In this document: piece after piece, positions 56,335 to 64,000 of the stretch
How the letters are laid out: every line of letters starts with the position of its first letter
Position numbering within the stretch: position 1 is the first letter of the stretch
Source of the DNA: an uncultured Actinomycetes bacterium
Lineage (GTDB): Bacteria > Actinomycetota > Actinomycetes > Streptosporangiales > Streptosporangiaceae
Direction of reading: 5' to 3'
Length of the DNA stretch: 64,000 nt
Assembly: GCA_963699015.1 (NCBI GenBank)
Contig: CAVOSX010000008.1
Span: forward strand, 241,804-305,803
Made by a program: the position numbers and the translations under genes
The notes under the pieces: model-generated
What the model was told of the DNA's origin: nothing
Databases searched by the model: none
What the model saw: the letters and a program-made list of their open reading frames with translations, nothing else

Positions 56335-57036
56335 ATGAATACTCGACCGAACATCGTGCTTGTTCACGGCGCATGGGCCGACGGCTCCAGCTGGAGCGGC
56401 GTCATCGAGCGCCTGCAGGCCGACGGTTACCACGTCACCGCACCCCAGTTCCCGCTGACCACGCTGGCCGATGACGTCGCCCGGCTACGCCAGGTACTGG
56501 ACCTCCAGGACGGCCCCACCATCGTCGCCGGGCACTCCTACGGCGGCCAGGTCATGACCGCCCTGGGCCCTGACGCGCCGAACGTCACCGGCCTGGTCTA
56601 CATCGCGGCGTTCGGCCTTGACCAGGGCGAATCGCTCGGCGCGCTGCTGTCTCAGGGACCGGTGACCCCCGCTCTGGCGCACCTGTTCACCGACAAGCAG
56701 GGCTTCAGCTGGCTATCTGAAGACGACTTCGTCAACCACTTCGCCGCCGACGTCGCCCCGGTCAAGGCAAAGGTGATGTACGCCGTGCAGCAAGCCCTGG
56801 CCACATCCGCCTTCGGCGACGTGATGGGCGTGCCTGCCTGGAAGACACTGCCGTCCTGGTACCTGGTCGCCGCCGACGACCAGGCGCTGCCGCCCGATGC
56901 CGAGCGCATGTTCGCCAGCCGCATGGGCGCCACCACCGTCGAAATCCCTTCCAGCCATGTGGCGATGGTCTCCCATCCCGGTGAGGTGGCACAGCTCATC
57001 AAGGCGGCGGCCGAGGCCGTGCCGGCTGCGAGCTAG
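56335..57036 (+). CDS. SABP2/methylesterase-like alpha/beta hydrolase (paralog 3 of 3, intact)
   Basis: NIVLVHGAWADGSSWSGVIERLQADGYHVTAPQFP…VAGHSYGGQVMT…VPAWKTLPSWYLVAADDQALPP…SSHVAMVSHPGEV; complete Ser-Asp-His framework. Confidence 0.8.
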   Translation: MNTRPNIVLVHGAWADGSSWSGVIERLQADGYHVTAPQFPLTTLADDVARLRQVLDLQDGPTIVAGHSYGGQVMTALGPDAPNVTGLVYIAAFGLDQGESLGALLSQGPVTPALAHLFTDKQGFSWLSEDDFVNHFAADVAPVKAKVMYAVQQALATSAFGDVMGVPAWKTLPSWYLVAADDQALPPDAERMFASRMGATTVEIPSSHVAMVSHPGEVAQLIKAAAEAVPAAS

Positions 57037-57045
57037 GAGTACGCA

Positions 57046-57897
57046 ATGCTCAGTGAGACAGCGCTGACCTATCAGGTCTACGTGGCGCCGATCATCGCGA
57101 TGGCAGGCAAGGACGTCCCGCCTGGCCAGAGCCGCTCGACCTGGAGCCCGATATCGGCCACCCTTATCTGCGGCCGGCATGACGCCGTGTTGGTCGATCC
57201 CCTCATGACGGTCGAGCAGGGCATGGCTGTGGCTGACTGGGTGTCGACCACGGGAAAGAACCTCACCACGGTGTACGTGACGCACGGGCACGGTGACCAC
57301 TGGCTCGGGCTCGGCGCGGTCCGCGAGCGCTTCCCCGGCGTACGCGCTGTCGCAACGCCGGCAGTCGTCGAGGGCATGCGCAAATCGTCCGCGCCCGAGG
57401 TACTCCAGACATTCTGGCAACCCAGGTTCCCTGGGCAGATCCCTGATGACAACCCCGTCGCCGATCCGCTGGACGGGCCGTCCTTCGAGCTAGAAGGCCA
57501 TCAGCTGGTCGCCGTCAACGTCGGGCACACCGACACCGACGACACCACGGTCCTGCACGTACCGGACATAGGTCTGGTCGTCGCCGGCGACGCGGCATAC
57601 AACGACGTGCACCAGTACCTGGCGGAATCAGGGTCCCAGGGCCGCCGGGACTGGCTTGCGGCCCTCGACATCGTCGAGGCTCTCGATCCGAGTGCCGTCG
57701 TAGCCGGCCACAAACGCTACGGCAACGACGACAACCCGCGCATCATCGATGAAACCCGCCAGTACATCAGCGACTTCGACCGGATCGACAAGGAAACCAC
57801 CACGGCGGAGGAACTCTACTGGCAGATGCTGGCGATTCACCCGCACCGGGTTAACCCCGGCGCACTGTGGCTCTCGGCCCAGTCGCTCAAGGCCTGA
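57046..57897 (+). CDS. MBL-fold metallo-hydrolase
   Basis: HxHxDH motif VTHGHGDHWLG. Downstream His/Asp ligand candidates (VGHTDTDD). 283 aa. 10 nt after the preceding gene. Confidence 0.8.
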   Translation: MLSETALTYQVYVAPIIAMAGKDVPPGQSRSTWSPISATLICGRHDAVLVDPLMTVEQGMAVADWVSTTGKNLTTVYVTHGHGDHWLGLGAVRERFPGVRAVATPAVVEGMRKSSAPEVLQTFWQPRFPGQIPDDNPVADPLDGPSFELEGHQLVAVNVGHTDTDDTTVLHVPDIGLVVAGDAAYNDVHQYLAESGSQGRRDWLAALDIVEALDPSAVVAGHKRYGNDDNPRIIDETRQYISDFDRIDKETTTAEELYWQMLAIHPHRVNPGALWLSAQSLKA

Positions 57898-57907
57898 ACG
57901 GGCCACG

Positions 57908-58474
57908 GTGCCGGAGGTTGCCCGCAGCCGCGCCGGCAGCGAGACTACGGCTGTGGCCTGGCTGCCGGCAGATTTCGTTCACCCCACCTGGGTCTTGGTG
58001 CGTGACGGCTATCACCTGCGGCCGATTGCGGCCGCCGATGCTGATCTCGATTACCCGGCCGTGATGGGCTCCCGTCAGCGGCTGTGGTCGATCTTCGGGC
58101 AGGCGTGGGGCTGGCCGCCCGCTTCGATGACCTACCAGCAAGACCTTGATGACCTGGCCCGACACGAGGCCGAGGCCGCAGCTCACCTGGCCTTCAATTA
58201 CGCACTGCTCGACGACGCGGAAACCGCCCTACTCGGCTGCGTCTACATTGACCCGCCGGAAAAGCAAGGCGCCGACGCGGAGATCTCCTGGTGGGTGGTG
58301 GACGACCAGGTCGGCACCGGCCTCGACCGTGCCCTGGACGCCATGGTGCCGCGATGGATCGCTGCCGCATGGCCCTTCGCCCAGCCGCGGTACCTCGGCC
58401 GCGACCTGTCGTGGGCAGACTGGCTGGCCTTGCCCGGCCTTGACCCCCCAGCCGCTCCGGCGCCCGCCACCTGA
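57908..58474 (+). CDS. GNAT-like N-acetyltransferase candidate
   Basis: About 188 aa from GTG 57908. LRPIAAADADL…, then acidic/aromatic core (LLGCVYIDPPEKQGADAEISWWVVDDQVGTGLDRAL) compatible with a GNAT fold. The longer listed ORF overlaps the MBL gene and is unlikely to be real. Confidence 0.4.
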   Translation: MPEVARSRAGSETTAVAWLPADFVHPTWVLVRDGYHLRPIAAADADLDYPAVMGSRQRLWSIFGQAWGWPPASMTYQQDLDDLARHEAEAAAHLAFNYALLDDAETALLGCVYIDPPEKQGADAEISWWVVDDQVGTGLDRALDAMVPRWIAAAWPFAQPRYLGRDLSWADWLALPGLDPPAAPAPAT

Positions 58475-58517
58475 CCCGCGAGGAACAACCCGCAAGACTT
58501 AAGACCCCGGTGCCAGC

Positions 58518-58709
58518 TAGTTACCGGCGGGGACCTGGCGGACGCCGAGCTGCTGGAAGAACAGCAGGCTGTCGGCGTTGGCCCAGTATTCGGCGAGCTT
58601 GCCGCCGGCGATCCGCAGGGTGTCGGTACCTTTTCTGTGACGCTGAGATCGCCGTTCCACAGGTCTTTCCACGGCTCGGCGAGCGCGGCGTTGGCTTCAT
58701 TGGACATGC
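58518..58709 (-). pseudogene. remnant of a SnoaL-like ester cyclase gene (internal deletion plus frameshift)
   Basis: N-terminal MSNEANAALAEPWKDLWNGDLSVTEK in one frame. The family's C-terminal signature TDTLRIAGGKLAEYWANADSLLFFQQLGVRQVPAGN* is in another frame directly after it. The about 70-aa middle of the domain is missing. Confidence 0.4.
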
Positions 58710-58781
58710 GAGTCTCCCTCCAGAATCTGCCCCGGCGGGCCGGTCGCCACGGGTGGCGTGGCCCGCCCCGGGCCAGTCCCC

Positions 58782-59429
58782 ATGCGGGAGCGTTACCGGG
58801 CGCAGGTGCGCAGCGAGGTCAAGCGGGCAGCGCTGCGCCAGCTAGCGGAGTCCGGGCCTGCGGGACTGTCGGTTTCGGCGATCGGCAAACAACTGGGGGT
58901 CTCCGGGCCTGCGCTGTACCGCTACTTCGCCAGCCGCGATGACTTGCTAACCGAGCTGGTGATCGACGCCTACAACGATCTGGCCGGCGCGCTCGCCGAC
59001 GCGATCGGCCGGGTGCCCAGCTCACAGGCGCAAGCGCAGCTCGAACCGCTCGCGCGTTCCTGCCGGGCCTGGGCTTTGGCCCAGCCGCACCGCTACCGGC
59101 TGCTGTTCGGGGGGCCGCTGCCCGGCTACGACGCCCACGCGCAACGGCTCGTCGAGGCGGCGCAACAGGCGATGAACGTCCTGGCCGGCATCTTGCCCGG
59201 CCTCGGCATGCTCGCTCCAGGTCCGCCCGGGCAGCCGCTCGCATCGCAGCTGTCCACGTGGGCCCGTGCGCACGGCCCCGGCATTGACCCAGTCACCGCC
59301 CTGCAAGCCGTCCTCATCTGGAGCCGACTGCACGGCTTTGTGAGCCTCGAAATCGCAGGAAACTTCGCCTCCATGGGCCTCGACCCCGGCGAGCTGTTCG
59401 ACATTCAGCTTGCCTCGCTCACGAAGTGA
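58782..59429 (+). CDS. TetR/AcrR family transcriptional regulator
   Basis: N-terminal HTH VKRAALRQLAESGPAGLSVSAIGKQLGVSGPALYRYFASRDDLL. About 215 aa. Confidence 0.8.
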   Translation: MRERYRAQVRSEVKRAALRQLAESGPAGLSVSAIGKQLGVSGPALYRYFASRDDLLTELVIDAYNDLAGALADAIGRVPSSQAQAQLEPLARSCRAWALAQPHRYRLLFGGPLPGYDAHAQRLVEAAQQAMNVLAGILPGLGMLAPGPPGQPLASQLSTWARAHGPGIDPVTALQAVLIWSRLHGFVSLEIAGNFASMGLDPGELFDIQLASLTK

Positions 59430-59665
59430 GGTGATCTTTCGCTTGCCGGCGGCCCGGATCTGGCAGGAGTCTGTCCCGCCGCTGGCCGCGCCGGCGCAGT
59501 TCCGGCCGAGTCAAGCTTGGTCAAAATTTCCAGAAGCTCATTACTGGTTTCTACGGACCCAACGTAGCGTCAGTGATGGCCGTCGAGGCCGTGCCCGACA
59601 TGAGCGTGATGACGGTGACAGGCATACGGGAGAACCGGCACGCCCAGGGAGAAGGAGAAAGCGTC

Positions 59666-60190
59666 ATGAGTCTCACCGACGATGCGCTGAGCGCGAATGC
59701 CACCATCGCCAACGACTACGATCCCGGCCGCGGGGGACCGCCGGCGCCCAAGATCGCGATCGTCACCTGTGCGGATCCCCGGCTGACCAGCATCGAGCAG
59801 ATGCTGGGTCTTGCCGCTGCCGATGTGGACATGATCAGGAACTTCGGCACCGTGATCGATGACGACGCGGTCCGGTCGCTTGTCCTGTCGACCAGGTTGC
59901 TGGGCACCCGGGAGATAATGATCATCAATCACACCGACTGCGGGATGCTCAGGTTCACCGACAGCGATCTGGAGGACCGGCTCCGCAAGGACACAGGCCA
60001 GGCGCCAATAGCGCCGGCCAGGTTCTACAGCTTCACCGACCCCGAGGCGAACACCAGGGAGCAGATCCAGAAGGCCAGGTCACATCCGTGGATCTCCCAA
60101 GACGTCCCGGTCAGGGGGTTCGTTTTTGACGTCAGCACGGGGCGGCTGAGCGAAGTGTTCCCGGACGGAGCGGCCGTCACTGGCGGGTAA
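59666..60190 (+). CDS. beta-class carbonic anhydrase-like protein
   Basis: C-x-D-x-R motif (VTCADPRL) and H-x-x-C motif (INHTDCGM) with the correct spacing. GAAGGAGAAA RBS before ATG 59666. 174 aa. Confidence 0.7.
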   Translation: MSLTDDALSANATIANDYDPGRGGPPAPKIAIVTCADPRLTSIEQMLGLAAADVDMIRNFGTVIDDDAVRSLVLSTRLLGTREIMIINHTDCGMLRFTDSDLEDRLRKDTGQAPIAPARFYSFTDPEANTREQIQKARSHPWISQDVPVRGFVFDVSTGRLSEVFPDGAAVTGG

Positions 60191-60281
60191 AGGGCGTCGC
60201 AACGCCTGCAGCCTGGCCCGGCCGCCGAAGCTCCCTCCACGCCGTGTGTGACAGGCAGCGCATGCCAAAGGAGATGCCGAC

Positions 60282-61265
60282 ATGCCGAGCCAGGCAATGC
60301 AAGACTTGATCGCCGCCTTGCGGGACCGGCAGAAGGCCAGTGCCAGCCAGGCCCTGCCGACGATGGAAGAGCGCCGCGCCGCCTTCGCCCCCGCGGGCCG
60401 CCTTCATCCGGTGCCTGACGACGTGCTGGTAAGCGAGGTGACCGCTGGCGGGGTGCCAGCCCACTGGCTTGCCGCCCCGGGAGCAGACGCCGGCCGGGTG
60501 CTCCTGTTCCTGCACGGCGGAGGTTACGAGTTCGGGTCGCTTCGCAGCGATGGCGAGCTGGCCGCCCGGCTGGGACGGGCCAGCGGGATGCGGGTGCTGT
60601 TCCCTGAATATCGCCTGGCCCCCGAGCATCCCTTCCCCGCCGCCATCGACGACGTCCTGGCCGCATGGCGCTGGCTCCGCACCGGCCAGGGCCTGAGCGC
60701 AAGATCCATAGCGGTGGCCGGCGACTCGGCCGGCGGAGGGCTCACCGTCGCCCTGCTCGTGGCCGCGCACGACGCCGGGGAGGCCTTGCCCGCCGCCGCC
60801 GTACTGATGTCCCCGACGGTGGATCTGACCAGCTCGGGGGCCTCGATGACCGAGCGCGCCGATCAGGATCCGATCTCCACCCCCGCCATGCTTCGCCAGT
60901 TCGCCTCCGACTACCTGGCCGGGGCTGATCCTCGGACGCCTCTGGCGTCGCCGCTGTTCGCCTCCCTATCCGGGCTCCCGCCGCTGCTTGTGCAGGCAGG
61001 CACGGCCGACCTGCTGCTCAGCGATGCCGAACGCCTGGCCACGGCAGCAGCCGAAGCCGGCGTCTACGTCACCCTGGAGATCCGCGAGGGCCTGCCGCAC
61101 GTCTACCAGCTCATGCTCGGCACCCCCGAGGCAGCCGAGGCCACCGGGCAGATCGGGAAGTTCCTGCGGGCCCAGGTTCGCTTACCCGGACGGCTCATCG
61201 GGGCAGATCCTCAGGACTGTCGCGGTGAGCCAGACGAGTGGCAGCGGTCTACCGCCGGATGCTGA
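60282..61265 (+). CDS. alpha/beta hydrolase fold-3 esterase/lipase (HSL family)
   Basis: HGGG oxyanion motif (LLFLHGGGYEFGS). GDSAGG nucleophile elbow. Conserved downstream DxL and His regions (EGLPHVYQL). Confidence 0.8.
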   Translation: MPSQAMQDLIAALRDRQKASASQALPTMEERRAAFAPAGRLHPVPDDVLVSEVTAGGVPAHWLAAPGADAGRVLLFLHGGGYEFGSLRSDGELAARLGRASGMRVLFPEYRLAPEHPFPAAIDDVLAAWRWLRTGQGLSARSIAVAGDSAGGGLTVALLVAAHDAGEALPAAAVLMSPTVDLTSSGASMTERADQDPISTPAMLRQFASDYLAGADPRTPLASPLFASLSGLPPLLVQAGTADLLLSDAERLATAAAEAGVYVTLEIREGLPHVYQLMLGTPEAAEATGQIGKFLRAQVRLPGRLIGADPQDCRGEPDEWQRSTAGC

Positions 61266-61535
61266 CGGCTTCAAGGAGGCCTACGCAGTCAGCCCCAGCG
61301 AACTGCGCAACGCCCGATCATCGGTCCGCAGCCGATGCGCCGCCTGCATAGCGCCCGCCAATAGCGGGAGAGGCACCATCTTCTTTGCCCCAGCGGCATT
61401 GTGGCATGGACTGGCCAAGGAGCGGCAATCCGCCGTCTCGTTCGCCGCGGGAAGGACTCGGGCCAATGGGCAAGAGGATGGCGTGCCAGTCATGGACCGG
61501 ACACCGGCGCGGCCGGTAACGGGCGGCGAGTTCCG

Positions 61536-62667
61536 GTGAGCCGCGGGCAGCTGCGCGTCTACCTGGGCTACGCGCCGGGGATCGGCACGACGTGCGCCCT
61601 GCTGGGTGAGGGTCACCGGCGCGCGCGCGATGGGGCCGACGTGGTGGTGGCGTGCGCCCAGACGCACGGCCGGCCGGGTCCGTCCGCGCTGCTGGCAGGC
61701 CTGGAGATCGTTTCCCCGGCGAGGGTGCCGCGCCGGGGCACGGTGGCCGGGGAGATGGACCTCGGCGCGGTGCTGGCCCGCAGGCCCGAGATCGCCCTGG
61801 TGGACGACCTGGTCCACGACCGTGAGCCCGGCTCAGCTCACCGGGCGCGCTGGCAGGATGTCGAGGACCTCCTGACGGCGGGGATCGATGTGATCTCGGC
61901 GGTCGGCATCGGCCAGCTGGATTCGATGGCCGACGCGGTGCAAAAGATCACCGGGGTCCCGCAGCGGGAGACCGTGCCGGATCCGGTTGTCCACGCTGCG
62001 GGCGAGGTCCAGCTCGTTGACGTCGCGCCGGAGGAGCTGCAGGACCGGATGGCGCGCGGCCACATCTACCCGCCGCGCCGGGCGCAGGCCGCGCTGGCGG
62101 GCTGGTTCCGGATCGGGAACCTGTCCGCGCTGCGCGAGCTTTCCCTGTTGTGGCTGGCCGCCAAGCTGGCCAGCGACCCGCAGCGGTACCGCCCCGGCCG
62201 GCGGGTTCCCGGCAGCGGGTGTGCCAGGGAGCGAGTGCTCGTGGCGCTCGACGGCGGCCCGGAGGGCCAGACGCTGATCCGCCGGGCGGCCCGGATCGCC
62301 GCCCGGTCCGAGGCCGACCTGATGGCCGTGCACGTCGCCCGGCCGGGCGGCCGGGCCGCCACTGGCCGTGCCACGCCGGCCGTCCAGCGGCAGCTCGTCC
62401 AGCAGGCCGGCGGTACCTACCACCAGGTGACCGGGGACGACATTCCCGCGGCGCTGCTGGCCTTCGCCCACGCAGCCGACGCCACCCAGCTGGTCCTCGG
62501 CGCGGCCCGCCGCACCCGGCTGGCCGCGCTCCGGCCGGCCACCAGCGTCCGGTCACGGGTGATCCGCCGCGGCGGCGGGATCGACGTACACATCATCACC
62601 TGCGCACCCAATCCCGACGGCGTCCCGGCTGCGGTGCGTGAACCCGACCAGGAAAGGAGAACGGCAA
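61536..62667 (+). CDS. KdpD N-terminal sensor domain + universal stress protein (USP) domain protein, no histidine kinase module; no stop codon before the downstream lipoprotein ORF
   Basis: GQLRVYLGYAPGIGTTCALLGEGHRRARDGADVVVACAQTHGRPGPSALLAGLEIV… matches the KdpD N-terminal P-loop-like domain (GKLKIFxGxAPGVGKTYAML…GxDVVVGxVETHGR…). USP-like segment ERVLVALDGGPEGQTLIRRAARIAARSEADLMAVHVA…LVLG. GTG start 61536. The frame stays open through 63269. Confidence 0.6.
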
Positions 62668-63269
62668 TGACAGAACAGAACGCGCCCCGGCCGGGGCACG
62701 CGCGACTGGCAGCGCGAAGGGGGCGCCAGCAGGCAGCCCCCGGCATGAGCAGGCATCTTCGGTTGATTGGCTGGCTGGGGTCGGCCACCGTCGTAGCCGC
62801 GGTCCTGGTGGTCGCGGCGTGCGGAAACTCGTCGGGCTCGGGCAGTTCGGCCAGCGCGTCGCCAAGCGCCGGGTCCGGCGCGGCCTCGCCGGCCAGCACG
62901 CTGAAGACCACAACGATCAGCGGCGCCACCGTGCTGACCAACGCGAAAGGCTTTACGCTCTACTCTTTTGCCCCGGACACCAAGACCGCGTCGAAGTGCA
63001 ACGGCGCCTGCGCGCAGATTCGGCCTCCGGTGCAGGGCCCCGCCACGGCCGGGCACGGGGTCACCGGAAAGCTCGGCACGATCACCCGCTCCGACGGAGC
63101 AACCCAGGCCACCTACAACGGGCATCCGCTCTACACCTACGCCGCGGACACCGCCCCCGGCCAGGCCAAGGGCAATCGCATCAACCAATCAGGCGGCGTC
63201 TGGCACGAGGTGACCGCGTCCGGCCCGGTCGCGGCCGCCGCGTCCTCCGGCGGCGGCGGTGCACTGTAA
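62668..63269 (+). CDS. lipoprotein with tandem Yx(FWY)xxD motifs (COG4315-type), possibly starting at ATG 62746
   Basis: AAGGAG RBS 7 nt before ATG 62668. Lipoprotein signal peptide and lipobox from the second ATG (MSRHLRLIGWLGSATVVAAVLVVAAC-G). Two motif repeats, GFTLYSFAPDT and GHPLYTYAADT. Confidence 0.6.
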
Positions 63270-63313
63270 ACAACGGCGAAACCGGCACATGACCGGCAAA
63301 GGAGGTACCCGCG

Positions 63314-63601
63314 ATGAGTGCGAGAGAACCATGGACCAGACGCCGGCAGCAGCGCGGAGAGCTGGGAGAATCGGTCGCCAGCGGAGCTCTGGGCTCCGCC
63401 GGACTGATGAATGCGGGGCAACGCTGCGACCGCTGCGGCGCTCAGGCTTACGTCCGGGCCATCCTGCCCAGCTACCGGGAGCTGCTGTTCTGCGCGCACC
63501 ACTACCGCCAGCACGCGCCCGTGCTGGCCGAGGTCGCCGCGGAAATCCGGGACGAGACGGAACGGCTCGCGCAAGGTGAATGGCTCGCGTCGCCAGGCTG
63601 A
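63314..63601 (+). CDS. small conserved-looking protein with CxxC…C..HH cluster (zinc-ribbon-like)
   Basis: 95 aa. QRCDRCGAQAYVRAILPSYRELLFCAHHYRQH. Strong GC3. No family assigned. Confidence 0.45.
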   Translation: MSAREPWTRRRQQRGELGESVASGALGSAGLMNAGQRCDRCGAQAYVRAILPSYRELLFCAHHYRQHAPVLAEVAAEIRDETERLAQGEWLASPG

Positions 63602-63644
63602 GGCGACGCCATAGTCTGCCTGCGAATGACACGAGGTGATGGCC

Positions 63645-63803
63645 ATGAGGGGTTCCGCCCGCCGAGCGGGCCGCCCGCTGCCGCGCCTGCGGAGGCTGGT
63701 CCTCAGCCGGAACGAACTGCGCCGGCCCTCTGACCGGATCGAGGCGGCCATCATCATGTCCCTCGCAGCGGCCTTCCTCACCGCTTGTGCCGCGCGTTCC
63801 TAG
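63645..63803 (+). CDS. N-terminal fragment (52 codons) resembling Rv1733c-type actinobacterial membrane protein; premature stop
   Basis: MRGSARRAGRPLPRLRRLVLSRNELRRPSDRIEAAIIMSLAAAFL resembles the conserved N-terminus (…RNPLVRGTDRLEAVVM…) of that family, but the ORF terminates at TAG 63801-63803. Confidence 0.3.
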   Translation: MRGSARRAGRPLPRLRRLVLSRNELRRPSDRIEAAIIMSLAAAFLTACAARS

Positions 63804-64000
63804 ACCGGCACCGTCTCGCCAGGTGGGACTCGGCCTGGGCCGTCGTCGGCCCGCAATGGACGAGCCGGCTGTGAACCGGGCCATACCCTGCCCGCCGTCG
63901 GGCCTCGTCGCCACCACTACCCTGGCCGTACTGCGCCTAGCACGGTGAGCCCGTCAGAGGCTGGCTGGGGGACGTAATGTGGTGATCGCGCAGCGGCGGG

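Noticed and set aside
62668-62746. Twin-arginine (Tat) signal for the lipoprotein from ATG 62668
   Set aside because: The RRGRQQ stretch lacks the S/T-RR-x-F-L-K consensus. The Sec-type lipoprotein signal from ATG 62746 is a better fit.

Overview
This 64-kb window is a high-GC (about 70%) actinomycete chromosomal segment that looks like accessory, paralog-rich DNA rather than a conserved core block. I found no core biosynthetic enzymes, CRISPR array, intact mobile element or recognisable defence system, and no single compelling novel system. The window opens with a cell-envelope glycopolymer-type gene neighbourhood (nt 125-8048): a gene of unknown function, three polytopic membrane proteins including a DUF2029/GT87-like candidate, a LytR-CpsA-Psr (LCP) ligase gene and a 753-aa GT-C-like membrane protein. 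From 8.05 to 10.7 kb there is a lower-GC, degraded stretch: a PQQ-type beta-propeller gene broken by at least three frameshifts and a DDE transposase fragment. This is followed by a class I/II aminotransferase gene and an initiator tRNA-fMet with an intrinsic terminator. Downstream of the tRNA, about 1.2 kb has little coding potential, and the region to about 16.7 kb has lower GC and sparse genes (a YbjQ-family gene and hypotheticals). The middle section encodes a SAM-dependent methyltransferase, an NTF2-like protein, a GH5 glycosidase and a translationally coupled ECF sigma/anti-sigma pair. It continues with a DUF1707 protein, an AAC(2')-like acetyltransferase and a MerR/TipA-like regulator. 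A three-gene minus-strand operon is centred on a 951-aa CHAP + glucosaminidase peptidoglycan hydrolase. It sits divergent to a small UvrD-C-like gene, with an SOS-box-like palindrome between them. Further genes in the same section are VOC and small ABM-like proteins, an NfeD/flotillin pair and a mycothiol-dependent formaldehyde dehydrogenase (MscR-like). It also includes a YdeI-like protein, an archaeal/eukaryote-type prolyl-tRNA synthetase (ProRS), a cupin/MarR divergent pair and low-complexity Pro/Gly-rich and His/Gly-rich envelope proteins. The same stretch holds a tRNA-Thr with a degenerate duplicate of its 3' end, and a WhiB-like gene. The last 20 kb is a regulator-rich area. It has two intact large ATP-binding LuxR-family (LAL) regulators, a frameshifted third one, an LAL remnant, and three paralogous SABP2-like alpha/beta hydrolases, one of them frameshifted. 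Other hydrolases, VOC, MBL, GNAT, TetR and a beta-carbonic anhydrase are interspersed. The window ends with a KdpD N-terminal sensor/USP ORF that reads in frame into a Yx(FWY)xxD lipoprotein. My best leads are the hydrolase-LAL paralog array, the KdpD-N/lipoprotein read-through and the putatively SOS-linked cell-wall hydrolase operon. Coordinates are taken from the ORF track; starts are approximate where stated; all homology calls come from motif recognition by eye without database searches.
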